Part shown: positions 1-12,506 of the stretch, in pieces
Layout of the letters: each line of letters opens with the position of its first letter
Position numbering within the stretch: the first letter of the stretch is position 1
Assembly: GCF_004010195.1 (NCBI RefSeq)
Contig: NC_057718.1
Coordinates: 36,806,600-36,870,599, forward strand
DNA: 64,000 nucleotides
Direction: 5' to 3'
Source of the DNA: Chiloscyllium plagiosum
Lineage: Eukaryota
The notes under the pieces: model-generated
Seen by the model: the letters and a program-made list of their open reading frames with translations, nothing else
Databases searched by the model: none
What the model was told of the DNA's origin: nothing
Translations under genes and position numbers: made by a program

Positions 1-1063
1 AAATGTGTTGCTGGAAAAGCGCAGCAGGTCAGGCAGCATCCAGGGAACAGGAGAATCGACGTTTCGGGCATAAGCCCTTCTTCAGGAATGAGGAAAGTTT
101 GTCCAGCAGGCTAAGATAAAAGGTAGGGAGGAGGGACTTGGGGGAGGGGCGGTGGAAATGCGATAGGTGGAAAAAGGTCAAGGTGAGGGTGATAGGACAG
201 ATTGGGGTGGGGGCGGAGAGGTCAGGAAGAAGGTTGCAGGTTAGGAAGGCGGTGCTGAGTTCGATGGATTTGACTGAGACAAGGTGGGGGGAGGGGAATG
301 AGGAAACTGGTGAAATCTGAGTTCATCCCTTGTGGTTGGAGGGTTCCTAGGCGGGAGATGAGGCGCTCTTCCTCCAACCGTCGTGTTGTTGTGGTCTGGC
401 GATGGAGGAGTCCAAAGACCTGCATATCCTTGGTGGAGTGGGAGGGGGAGTTGAAGTGTTGAGCCACAGGGTGGTTGGGTTTGTTGGTCCGAATGTCCCA
501 GAGGTGTTCTCTGAAACGCTCCGCAAGTAGGCGGCCTGTCTCCTCAATATAAAGGAGGCCACATGGGGTGCAGAGGATGCAATATATGATGTGTGTGGAG
601 GTGCAGGTGAATTTGTGGCGGATATGGAAGTTTCCTTTGGGGCCTTGGAGGAAGGTGAGGGGGGAGGTATGGGCGCAAGTCTTGCACATCCTGCGGTTGC
701 AGGGCAAGGTGCCGGGAGTGGAGGTTGGGTTGGTGGGGGGTGTGGATCTGACGAGGGAGTCACGGAGGGAGTGGTCTTTACGGAATCCTGATAGGGGAGG
801 GGAGGGAAATATATCCTTGGTGGTGGGGTCCGTTTGGAGGTGGCGGAAATGACGGCGGATGATACACTGTACAAGGAGATTGGTGGGGTGGTAGGTGAGA
901 ACCAGTGGGGTTCTGTCCTGGTGGCGCTTGGAGGGGCGGGGCTCAAGGGCGGAGGAGCAGGAAGTGGAAGAGATGCGGTGGAGGGCATCGTCGACCACGT
1001 CGGGGGGGAAATTGCGGTCCCTGAAGAAGGAGGCCATCTGGGTTGTACGTTTTTGGAACTGGT
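1..1063 (-). mobile_element. Penelope-like retroelement (PLE), 3' part: RT thumb end, GIY-YIG endonuclease and terminal repeat (pLTR); runs off window start
   Basis: ORF 222..1136(-) has PLVLTYHP, CNRRMCKTC, FTCTSTHIIYCILCTPCGLLYIEETGRLLAERFREH, PVAQHFN and LGTLQPQGMN, the PLE GIY-YIG signature. The first ~24 aa of that ORF are antisense CR1 sequence. Confidence 0.93.
54..89 (-). ncRNA. Minimal hammerhead-ribozyme-like motif in PLE pLTR
   Basis: Reverse complement reads attc-CTGAAGA-A-GGGC-ttat-GCCC-GAAA-CGTC-gatt; stem I is weak. Confidence 0.6.
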
Positions 1064-3045
1064 CCGACTCTTGAGAAATAAGGCAGGGCAGGTGACTGAG
1101 GTGGCAGTGGGGGTGCACTTTGGGGCCATCGACCATAATTCAATTAGATTTAAAATAGTGATGGAAAAGGATAGATCAGATCTAAAAGTTGAATTTCTAA
1201 ATTGGAGAAAGGCCAAATTTGACGGTATTAGGCAAGAACTTTTGAAAGCTGATTGGAGGCAAATGTTCGTAGGTAAAGGAATGGCTGGAAACTGGGAAGC
1301 CTGTCAGGGTGAAAGGGAAGGCTGGTAGGTATAGGGAATACTGGATGACTAAAGAAATTGAGGGTTTGATTAAGAAAAAGAAGGAAGTATTTGTCAGGTA
1401 TAGACAGGATAGATCGAGTGAATCGTTTGAAGCGTAAAAGAAAGTAGAAGTATACTTAAGAGGGAAATCAGGAGGGCAAAACAGGAACATGAGACAGCTT
1501 TGGCAAATAGAATTAAGGAGAATCCAAAGGGTCTTTACGAATATATTAAGGACAAAAGGGTAACTAGGGAGAGAATAGGGCCCCTCAAAGATCAGCAAGG
1601 CGGCCTTTGTGTGGAGCCACAGAAAATGGGGGTGATAACTAAATGAATATTTTGCATCAATATTTACTGTGGAAAAGGATATGGAAGATATAGACTGTAG
1701 GGAAATAGATGGTGACATCTTGCAAAATGTCCAGATTACAGAGGAAGAAGTGTTGGATGTCTTGAAACAGTTAAAAGTGGATAAATCCCCAGGAACTGAT
1801 CAGGTGTACCTGAGAACTCTGTGAGAAGCCAGAGAAGTGATTGCTGGACCTCTTGCTGAGATATTTGTATCATCGATAGTCACAGGTGAGGTGCCGGAAG
1901 ACTGGAGATTGGCAAATGTGGTGCCACTGTTTAAGAAGGGTGGTAAAGACAAGCCAGGGAACTATAAACCAGTGAGCCTGACCTCGGTGGTGGGCAAGTT
2001 GTTGGAAGGAATCCTGAGGGACAGGATGTACATGTATTTGGAAAGGCAAGGAGTGATTCAGGATAGTCAACATGGCTTTGTGCATGGGAAACCATGTCTC
2101 ACAAACTTGATTGAGTTTTTTTGAAGAAGTAACAAAGAAGATTGATGAGGGCAGAGCAGTAGATGTGATCTATATGGACTTCAGTAAGGCGTTNNNNNNN
2201 NNNNNNNNNNNNNNNNNNNNNNNNNNNNNNNNNNNNNNNNNNNNNNNNNNNNNNNNNNNNNNNNNNNNNNNNNNNNNNNNNNNNNNNNNNNNNNNNNNNN
2301 NNNNNNNNNNNNNNNNNNNNNNNNNNNNNNNNNNNNNNNNNNNNNNNNNNNNNNNNNNNNNNNNNNNNNNNNNNNNNNNNNNNNNTAGATAGGATAGTGA
2401 AGAAGGCGTTTGGTATGCTTTCCTTTATTGGTCAGAGTATTGAGTACAGGAGTTGGGCGGTCATGTTATGGCTGCACAGGACATTGGTTAGGACACTGTT
2501 GAAATATTGTGTGCAATTCTGGTCTCCTTCCGATCGGAAAGATGTTGTGAAACCTGAAAGGGTCCAGAAAAGATTTACAAGGATATTGCCAGGGTTGGAG
2601 GATTTGAGCTACAAGGAGAGGCTGAACAGGCTGTGGCTGTTTTCCCTGGAGCGTCGGAGGCTGAGGGGTGACCTTATAGAGGTTTACAAAATTATGAGGG
2701 GCATGGATAGGATAAACAGACAAAGTCTTTTCCCTGGGGTCGGGGAGTCCAGAACTAGAGGGCATAGGTTTAGGGTGACGGGGGAAGATATAAAAGAGAC
2801 CTAAGGGGCAACTTTTTCACACAGAGGCTGATACCTGTATGGAATGAGCTGTCAGAGGATGTGGTGGAGACTGGCACAATTGCAACATTTAAAAGGCATT
2901 TGGATGGGCATATGAATAGGAAGGGTTTGGAGGGATATGGGCCGGGCGCTGGCAAGTGGGACTAGATTGGGTTGGGATATCTGGTCGGCATGGACGAATT
3001 GGACCGAAGGGTCTGTTCCCATGCTGTACATCTCTATGACTTTAT
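1064..3045 (+). mobile_element. CR1 LINE, 5'-truncated and disrupted (end of APE, RT, 3' tail)
   Basis: GAIDHNSIRF, VPEDWRLANVVPLFKKG, NYKPVSLTSVVGK, SQHGF, YMDFSKA, LKYCVQFWSP and RRLRGDLIEVYKI motifs; ends in a ctctatgact-type microsatellite tail. Confidence 0.95.
2194..2385. other. Assembly gap (192 N)
   Basis: Run of N inside the CR1 RT region. Confidence 1.
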
Positions 3046-4112
3046 GATCACAGTGGATGCCATTTCCCTAGTCCTACACTATCCTTGGAACATCTGGACA
3101 ACAAGGACGCCTATGTCAGACTCCTACTCATCAACTACAGCTCCGCCTTCAACACCATAATCCCCTCCAGACTGATCTCAAAACTCTGAGACCAAGGTCT
3201 CAGCTCCAGCCTCTGCAAGTAGATCCTCAGCTTTCTGACCCACAGACCGCAATCAGTAAAGATAGACAATTCCACCTCCTCCACAATAACCCTCATCACT
3301 GGAGTCCCCCAAGGATGGGTGCTCAGCTGCCTATTATACTCCCAGTTCACCCACGACTGTGCAGCCAAATTCTGAATGAACGCCATCTCCAAGTTTGCTG
3401 ACGACACCACCATGGTAGGACAGATATCAAACAATGATGAGTCAAAAAGCAGATAGAGGGGTTGGTGATGTGGTGCAATGATAACAACCTCTTGCTCTCA
3501 ATGTCAGTAAAACAAAAGAACTGATCATTGACTTCAAGAAGAAAGGAGGAGAACACACCCCCATCTACATCAACAGAGATAAGGTTGAGAGCATCAAGTT
3601 CCTCAGAGTGATGATAACCAACAATCTGTCCTGGACTTCCCACATTGATGCAACTGCCAAGAAATCAAAACAATGCCTTTTCTTCCTCAGGCAGCTTAGG
3701 GAATTTAGCATGTCCATAAAGACCCTCACTAACTTTTACAAATGCACCATAGAAAGCATACTATCTGGTGCAAAATACCTGGTATGGCAACTGCTCTGCC
3801 CAAGACCATAAGAAATTACAGAAGGTTGTGTGCATTGCCCAGACCATCATGAAAACCACCTCCCATCATGGACTCCATTTATACTTCTGGTTGCCATGGA
3901 AAGATTGGCAACATCATCAAAGACCCCTCCCACTCCAGTACTGTTCTCCTAAAAACTCTTCCGTCAGGCAGAAGCTAGAGAAGCTTGAACACATGCACCA
4001 ACAGGTTCAAGAACAGCTTCTTCCCTGCCATTATTAGATTGATGAATGGACTATCTAACTTTGAATAACGTTGACCTTGCTTTGCACACCTAATGTGCAA
4101 TGTAACCTGTAT

Positions 4113-4644
4113 GGAACCACCCACCCAACCACCCTGTGGCTCAACATTTCAATTCCCCCTCCCACTCCACCAAGGATATGCAGGTCTTTGGACTCCTCCA
4201 TCGCCAGACCACAACAACACGATGGTTGGAGGAAGAGCGCCTCATCTTCTGCCTAGGAACCCTCCAACCACAAGGCAGGAACGCGGGTTTCACCAGTTTC
4301 CTCATTTCCCCTCCCCCCACCTTGTCTCAGTCAAATCCATCGAATTCAGCACCGCCTTCCTAACCTGCAATCTTCTTCCTGACCTCTTCGCCCCCACCCT
4401 AGTCTGACCTATCACCCTCATCTTGACCTCTTTCCACCTATCACATTTCCAACGCCCCTCCCCCAAGTCCCTCCTCCCTACCTTTTATCTTAGCCTGCTG
4501 GACAAACTTTCCTCATTCCTGAAGAAGGGCTTATGCCCGAAACGTCGATTCTCCTGTTTCCTGGATGCTGCCTGACCTGGGGCGCTTTTCCAGCAACACA
4601 TTTCCAGCTCTGATCTCCAGCATCTGCAGACCTCACTTTCTCCC
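4113..4644 (+). mobile_element. 5'-truncated PLE (same family as 1-1063) with 15-bp TSD
   Basis: Near-identical to the reverse complement of 1-485. TSD CAATGTAACCTGTAT at 4098-4112 and 4645-4659. Confidence 0.95.
4515..4550 (+). ncRNA. Minimal hammerhead-ribozyme-like motif in PLE pLTR
   Basis: CTGAAGA (4519-4525), extra A, GGGC-ttat-GCCC, GAAA (4539-4542), CGTC. Confidence 0.6.
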
Positions 4645-5389
4645 CAATGTAACCTGTATACCTTGCTCTGTCTAAGCGCCCTATGATCTGTATATCCTTG
4701 CTTGCTATGATCTGCCTGTACTGCTCATAAACAAAGCTTTTCTCTGTACTTAGGTGCACATGATTACCATAAATCAAATCAAATCAACCCTATGTCACTG
4801 TCAATTTATTGAGTGTTTCAGTTCAGTGTGTAATTATTCATTTGACTTTTCTTCATATTACATATTAAAATTTAATACAACTCATTTCTTCAAGTGGAAT
4901 TGGACTTGAATTCTGACAATTCTTCCAATCTGATTACATCTACATAAAGTTTTTAAACAATCTGTATTTCTGTGTGTCAAGTTCCCCAATTTTGTATCAT
5001 CAGTGAATTTTGATAATATATTTCCTGTAGTCAAGACCAAACCACAAATCATTCTTATAAATCAAAGCCATTAAAGGACCAAGCTATTTTGCCTGGGACA
5101 CGCAAGGTCAATACTTCTTTAATCTGAATTAAATTAGCTTCTGTCCATAAACCAGTTTTCTAGCCATGCAATAACATTCCTCCTCACCCCTGAATTTTGA
5201 TGTTGCTGAATTTACAAGATTCCTATTGTGAGACACTTTGTCAGAGACGTTGTGAAAGTTCACATACATTGTTAGTGAATTCTGTTTATCGGTTTTGTGA
5301 TTTCATAAGTAACCATACATTATGCTACACTGTGTTACAATGACTTTTATATGTGAATATTCTGAAATAGTGTCAGATGGAGTATAGAC

Positions 5390-5710
5390 CTGCATGAAAT
5401 TAGAAAAGGGGCTGTTTTCCTCGGAAAAGAGAAGTATGACAGATTTTATAAATGTGCACAAAGTCTCAAGGGGGTCTATCTAAAGCAAGTAGAGAAAATG
5501 TTCCCATCGGCAGAGAGATCAATATCCAGAAGAAACCCATTTCAAGTGATTGGTAGAAGAGCCATTAGCAACATCAGACAATTTGTTTTACGCAACACGT
5601 AGTTAAAATTTGGAATGTGCAAAATCTGAAAGTGTGGTGGGGTAGAATTAATCATGGCTTTCAAAAGGGAATTGGCTAAACACTTGAAGAGAAAATAATG
5701 CAGGATTAAG
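5390..5710 (+). mobile_element. Degenerate CR1 3' fragment
   Basis: LEKGLFSSEKR-like segment and a CR1-like 3' sequence (ttcaaaagggaattgg). Confidence 0.65.
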
Positions 5711-5711
5711 G

Positions 5712-6690
5712 GTATTAATCTAGTTAGACTTTTCTGAACTACTTCCAACATGTTAATATCCTGTAAGTACAGTGACTGGTACTGGACACAGTACTCCAGA
5801 TGCATTCTCACCATTGCTCTGTATAACTGAAGCATAACATCCCTACTCTTGCTTTAGATTCTCCTTACAATAAAACATGACATTCTATTAGCTTTTCAGA
5901 TTACTTACTGTATCTGCATACTGATCCTCTGTGATTCATGCACTAGGACACCCAAGTCTCTCTGCAGCTCAGCACTCTGCAACCTCTCACTAATTAGATT
6001 TGTTTTCTGTTTTCTGCCAAAATGCATGATTTTACACTCTCCCACATTGTCCTCCACTTGCCAAATTATGTCCACTCACTTAACCTATGAATATCCCATT
6101 ATAGACTCCTTATTTCCTCTTCACAGCTCACTCACCAGCATATTTTTGTATCATAGCAGATTTAGCACACCTGCAGTTCCTTCACCCAAATCATTTATAT
6201 AAATTGTTACGAGTTAGGCTCCTGCAGCGTACCCTGTGGCACACCACTTGTGACATCATGCCAGCCTGAAAAATACTAATTTCTTCTTACTCACTGCTTT
6301 CTATCAGCCAGCTGATCTTCTATCCATGCAAATATGTTATTCCCTATACCATGATCTTTAATTTTCCACAATAACCTTTGACATGGCATCTTATCAAATG
6401 CCTCCTGGAAATGTGATTACAATATATCCACTGGTGCTCCTTTATCTACAGTACAAGTTACTTCTTCAAGGAGCTTTAATAAATTAATTAAACAGGATTT
6501 CCCTTTGACAAAAACACATTGACTATGCCTGATTCCCTTGAATTTATCCAAGTGCCCTGGATAAACAACATCTTATAGTTTCTACATTTTCCTGTGACAA
6601 ATATTAAGCTAAATGGTCTGTAGTTTCCATGCTTTCTGCTCATCATTTTGAATAAAGGGATTACATTAGCTTTTTCCAAATTCAAATAAA
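5712..6690 (-). mobile_element. Degenerate CR1 RT fragment
   Basis: ORFs give ANVIPLFK...NYRPFSL and MLQLYRAMVRMHLEYCVQY...VQKSLTRLIP. Confidence 0.85.
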
Positions 6691-8239
6691 TTTTGAATTA
6701 TGTGAGATCTTGGATGATTCAGCCACAAATCTGCAATGTATTGGTAGACAATTTTTTGTAACGAACATCTTGAGTAACCAACTTGATAAATAGTTGTTCC
6801 TTGGAAGGTTTCTTAATCCATATTCATCTTCCTTAACATCTGTTCCAGATACAGGGCCCAACTATGACCTCATGCCAGGTATCTTGCACTATGATGAACA
6901 GTGCCATTTCGCAAAGTTTCTCTGCACTTACCTTATAAACAATATCTACAATTTTCCAGCAACTAAATACAATGCTTTATCACTTATTCACAGACTCCGA
7001 TTTTTCCCTGAAAAGTCATCAGTTTCTTTTTTTAGTCCTACATCTTTGTTCTTACCTTGCTGAATTACATAAAGTAAGCTTTCCTTCCCTGTGTCTGATT
7101 TTACGAGGGGTACTGTAGAGGAATTGAATTGGGTACACCCTAACATTTTCATGAGAAAGTCTGCTGGAGTTCTAAGCAGGACATCCATCCTTACATACGT
7201 TTCTGTCAGTATCTGCAGAGCAGGCGTGAGAATGTCACTGCTGTAACGCCATTTAATGTCCTTTAATTCTCACGTTTTGCTGCTTTACAACAATGATAGA
7301 AGTATTTTCAGTTTTTTTAATGGTTAAAACCTTACATCACCATGTACCCATTTTAAATAGCCCAATGTTTTAATCTTCAGCAATAGTCCTTTAAAAATTA
7401 ATCGCTTATGATATTCCCCAGGGCCTTCTTCATCCTTCCTGAACAAGGCTCAAGCTGAGCCGAATAAGTGTTTAGATAGCATTCAAAATGCCTGAAGGCA
7501 TCTAGCAAGGCCAGCTCATCATTTTAATGCTTCTGACATAAGCCTTATTCAACATTTCGAGTAGTTATTTATCTGAGTCTGCTGAATTTTCCTGACAATA
7601 ACGTTCTCTAGAGCTGAGACTAGCAATGATGAGACAGTGAGAATTGAGTAAAGAGGATGAAGTAGATTATTCTAGTCACATGGTTGAAATCACTATCTTC
7701 TGATGCTCTAGGAAAATTGATATCTGGGCTAAAGTGATGTATTGAAAATTCTGTGATTACATCTTTGTCAAAGTAGATCTCAACAATAACTGATTATATG
7801 CTAACTACAGTTTGAACACACATTGAAAGAATTAGCATATTTCGATTGATGCTTGAAACTATGATTCACTTCACCTTTTGGTAGACATATCAAAGGGAAT
7901 GTATACAAGTTCAATGGGTGCCACTAAAGAAACCATAATTTAGTTAAATTAATAATTACACTGTACCTCATAAAGCTTCTTGGTACTTCATGTACATAAA
8001 GGCAAAATAAATGAAGAAGTGGTCTGTATTATTGATTTTTAAAAGTAGCAATGGCATATGCTGATGCAAATAATTTAAAAGCAGGGAGCTTATTATCAAA
8101 ACTGTATAAAACACTAATTTGTTTACAGCTGAAGTATTGCATATAGTTCTGCTCACAACATTACAAGGAATGATCCATTCACAGTAGATATGGTACAGAG
8201 TAGATTATGAGCACAATATTTTTTTTTAATATCAGGCCA

Positions 8240-8540
8240 GGAGAGTTTTATGTATGAGGAAGGATTCTGTAGACTGGGATTCTTTGAAACAGTCAAAACT
8301 GGGGTGGGGGTTGTAGTTTTAATTGAAACACATAAAATTCTGAAGTTTGTGAGGGACCTGTTAACACTGGATAGGAAGGTTTTATTTTCATTAGCAGTGA
8401 GATCAGTAATCATGGCATAGGAATTTAAAGTAATTTGTAGAAGGACTAGAGGAGAGTTGAAGAGAATTATTTCCACACTAATGTAGAGATCTAGAAATGT
8501 GGTGGAGACAGAAGCCATTATCACATTTAAAAGCTGCATT
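8240..8540 (+). mobile_element. Degenerate CR1 3' fragment
   Basis: Resembles 2600-2900 (YEEGFCRLGFF; gtggtggagacag...acatttaaaag). Confidence 0.6.
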
Positions 8541-10974
8541 TTTTAATTTGAAAAGTACACTTTATTAATAAAAATATCTTTACATATATACATAATCATA
8601 CTTGAAGTGCTATTGCCCATAGAACTCCGATTGTGCATCTACCTTGTAAGCCTCAACCCAGAGCCAACTCATTACACTTGTCTTCTATAACCTAGAAAGT
8701 TAAGGGGAATGGACCCTACTCACAAAGGATGAAAAGGGATGACGACCACATCAAGAATACCAGCTTTGCACTGACATTCTAGGAGATGAAGCCACCATAC
8801 GCAAATTGACTATTGATTGCATTGTCAAATTCACGATTACATAAGCAGCCTAGCCCACACCCATCAGTGGCTTTGACCAACCAACTTGCCAAGTCATTTA
8901 TGTGCGCCATGTCACATTGCCTTCGGGAATACAAATCATACCACACATCAGTGAAGACTCATCCTAACACACCACCACATTATTGCCTAGAGGGGTGAGA
9001 TGTCCCTTTCATATATTAAAAAATTGTGGGATCTTGGCATTGCTATCTAAGCCAGCATTTACTGCCATTCAACAATAATAATGAAGTATTTTAGTTCGAT
9101 ATGTATTCCAAAATGGATGTCCCAAAAATGCCATTAGCACATAAAATATTCAAGTGAACGAAAGATATTTTGTAGAAATGTGCATGGGGCATCACTGCCT
9201 CAGCATCCACGTGTGTCTTCAATATTTCTTAATTTTCTTTCACAACCACTACATATAACCTCAGCAGCTGATGGGGAGGAAGTCTGCTGAGAGCAAACCT
9301 GCTTACTGAATGCAAATTGGACATGTTCCTGTAGCACATAAAATTTGCACCATTATTTTGATGCTGCAGCTCCCATGAGGTCAAAGGAAGTGGCCTCACT
9401 TCCTATCCTCCCATCAGGAGATATGCTCTTCTAAGTAAATTCTATCCTATATTTACTCACTTATCTTTTCTGCACACAGTAGACTTACTTTGCCAGCTTT
9501 CTTTCCCAAGGTCTATCTCTGGTAAACTATGCAACAATAGCAGTTTTTCAGCTGTAGAATTTCATTTTAGAATTAAGAAGGCAATCACAATGGAGCCACT
9601 GGGATAATGTGTGGCCGATGTCTGTCATTCTAAACTTTCAACAAGTGTTGGCACACCATATTGTCAAGCGCTGAGCACTTCGTGGATATCCAGTTCTGAA
9701 TGCTTGGTCAATTCCTAATCTGTGCCATTAATGTGGAAGTACACCACACTATAAAACAGAGGTTGACTCAAAATGAAAATGAGATCTTTGTCCTAAACAT
9801 TCCCGAGACAATGTTCAGCCAGTGTGAAGAATAATGGTAAGTACAATATGGGGGAATGGCCTTGCACTGAAATTCTGTCCAAACAAGGCTGTTGTGATTT
9901 CTCTCCTAAGACCTTGCTCAGACTGTATCATCCATCTTATGTAGTTGAAGGAGGCAGATGGTAGTCAAATGTTCACAGTTTCCTCCATTTGTTCCAACAA
10001 ATGATTCCAGAAAATAACTGCTGGTACAGTGTGACGTTGCGAGCCTGCCTGGAGTCCCAAAGGCTGGAAGCAATATGGAAAGTGAACAGCATGTAACAGG
10101 TGCATAAACCTGTAATAATATCTTGGCTGGGATTCATCGAATGTGATTGTGTTGAGCCTTATATGGTGCCCCACAGGCAGGAAACAATTTGGAAAGTGAT
10201 TGGTGACAGAGAAAACTTCTGCAGCAGTACCTTTGTTGAAAACCTCTATTCATATTTAGAAGCCACTGTTTTTGAACATTACAAGATATGTTGTGAAAGT
10301 TGAAGAGATTTTAAGGTAGCTGTACATAATCAAACAACAGATTTATCTTTGGCATTTCATTATTTCAATGCTTTGAGGGGAAGGGTACTGATGTGGAAGA
10401 GGAAAGAATTGAAGCCAAGAAAGATCAGAGTCTAACATGCTGGCAGCACTCAACCAACACCAGGCACACAACATTAACATACTTTTATACAGTGCTGATG
10501 TTTAAAGAATGTCCCAAGGCATTAAACGAGCCCTGACCCAAATAAGAGATATTAGGAAAGATGACCAAACATTCGGTCAAAGAGGTAAGTTTTAAGAAGG
10601 GCCATGAAAGTGGTCAGGAGGGTGGAGAGATAGAAGGATCAGGAAGTCAAGCCAATTATGGGCCCAGATGGATACGATCACCAATGGTGGGATGAAGAAT
10701 GGGAAGGAGGAAGTTAGAAGGCAGTTCAATGGAAAATGGGAGTTCAGTGGATGGCATTGGGTAATGCTTGGTGTGGATGTTATAGGAGCAAAGGACATTA
10801 CAGAAATAAAGAAGGTGACGGCCATAAAAGAATTTAAATAAGATTAATCATTTTTATTTTCAGGCTTTGAGGATCAGAATTCAATATATGTGAAGAAGGA
10901 CTAGGCTATTGTGTAACCTGGTGGTTAATCTGTTATAGAATAAAGGCTTGTAAGTCTTGAATAAGCTTATAGCG

Positions 10975-11462
10975 TCAGGGTCATACAGTATGGAAACAGA
11001 CCCTTTGGTCAAACTCATCTGCACCAACTAGACATCGAACCTAATCGAACTTAATCCCATTTGCCAGCAGTTAGCCCATTTTCCTCTGAATCCTTCCTAT
11101 TCATATATCCCAGAGATGTCTTTTAAATGTTGTAATTGTACCAGCCTTCAGCATTACCTCTAGCAGCTTGTTCCATACATGCATCACCCTCTGTGTGAAA
11201 AAATTACCCCTCTCACCTTAAACCTATACCTTCTAGTTTTGGACTGCTCCGTCCTAGGACAAAAACCTTTGCTATTCACCCTATCCATGCCTCTTTTGAT
11301 TTTGTAAGCCACTATAAGGGCACCCCTCAGCCTCTAGCTCTCCAGGGAATAAAAGCCCCAGCTATTCAGCCTTTCCCTATAACACAAACCCTCCAGTCCC
11401 TGTAGCATCCTTGTGAACCTTTTCTGCACCCTCTCAAGTTTAACGGCATCTTTCATGTAGCA
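10975..11462 (-). mobile_element. CR1 3' end
   Basis: Reverse complement similar to 2540-3040. Confidence 0.85.
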
Positions 11463-12092
11463 GGAAATAAATATATATATTTATAGAGAATGGAAAATTG
11501 AGGTTTAGCAGAAGAGCTTTAGAGTACTTTAAAATATTTTTAGATAAAAATTACTATGTTTAAATAATTTGGAGGAAACACCATCCAAATGAGATTATAA
11601 TTTTGGGCTAACCACACATAAAATATCAATGCACTTTTGGCACTGGCACCTACTCATGTGCAATGCACAAATAGCAAGCTCAATCTAATGGGGTGAATTG
11701 CTGTCTAATCTGTCCCTTTTGTTTTCTTACTGTCAGACCTGTGCAATAAGCTGTTATATGTTGAGGTCAGAGTTAACGTCTCTATTATTATCTTACAAAT
11801 TTCTACTACTCATGGTTCATTAATCAAAAAATAGAATTTACCAATTCCACCATTTGTCAGTCTACAAATGTTAACATGTCAATTATTTTACTCCATCCAT
11901 CAAACAACTCTAGTTTTCATTTAATGTCTGAACATTGGGATAGATAGACTGAGAGTCTTGTAACTATTGGATCTAGTTCTGCTCCTACATTGTGTGGTCT
12001 TTTAAGGAAGTTGATGGTCATGAGAATAGGATAGCATTATCAGATCAGCTATGATCTCATTGAATGGTGGAGCAGACTTAATGGGCCAAATT

Positions 12093-12465
12093 CAAGAGCA
12101 TGGTGCTGAAAAAGCACAATAGGTCAGGCAGCATTCGAGGAGCAGGAGAATCAACGTTTCGGGCAAAAGCCCTTTATCAATAATAAGGCTTGTGAGCCCA
12201 GGGGGTAGAGAGATAAATGGGAGGGGGGTGCTGCTGGGGGAAAGATAGCTAAGAGTGCAATAGGCAGATGAAGGAGGGGGTAATGGTGATAGGTCGGAGA
12301 GGAGGGTTGAGCGGATAGGTGGGAAGGAAGATGCTCAGGTAGGACAGGTCATGAGGGCGGAGCTGAGTTGGAAGATTGGATCTGGGATAAGGTGAGGGGA
12401 GGGTCATGAGGAAACTGGTGAAATCCACATCAATCCCATGTGGCTGGAGAGTCCCAGGGTGGAAG
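12093..12465 (-). mobile_element. PLE 3' fragment inserted into a CR1 tail (host ~11995-12505)
   Basis: pLTR sequence like 1-360. TSD ATGGGCCAAATT (12081-12092) / ATGGACCAAATT (12466-12477). Confidence 0.85.
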
Positions 12466-12506
12466 ATGGACCAAATTGTCTACATCTGCTCCTATATCAT
12501 GTGGTT

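Larger units (their letters stand above)
3047..4787 (+). mobile_element. Rex1/Babar-type LINE, 5'-truncated and degenerate, interrupted by a PLE
   Basis: [51 protein letters not shown] and WYGNC motifs; (aaatc)n tail at ~4770-4787. Confidence 0.85.

Noticed and set aside
222..1136. 304-aa ORF as an intact standalone GIY-YIG gene
   Set aside because: Its start lies in antisense CR1 sequence fused to a truncated PLE, and the YIG motif is mutated to YIE. It is a junction artefact.
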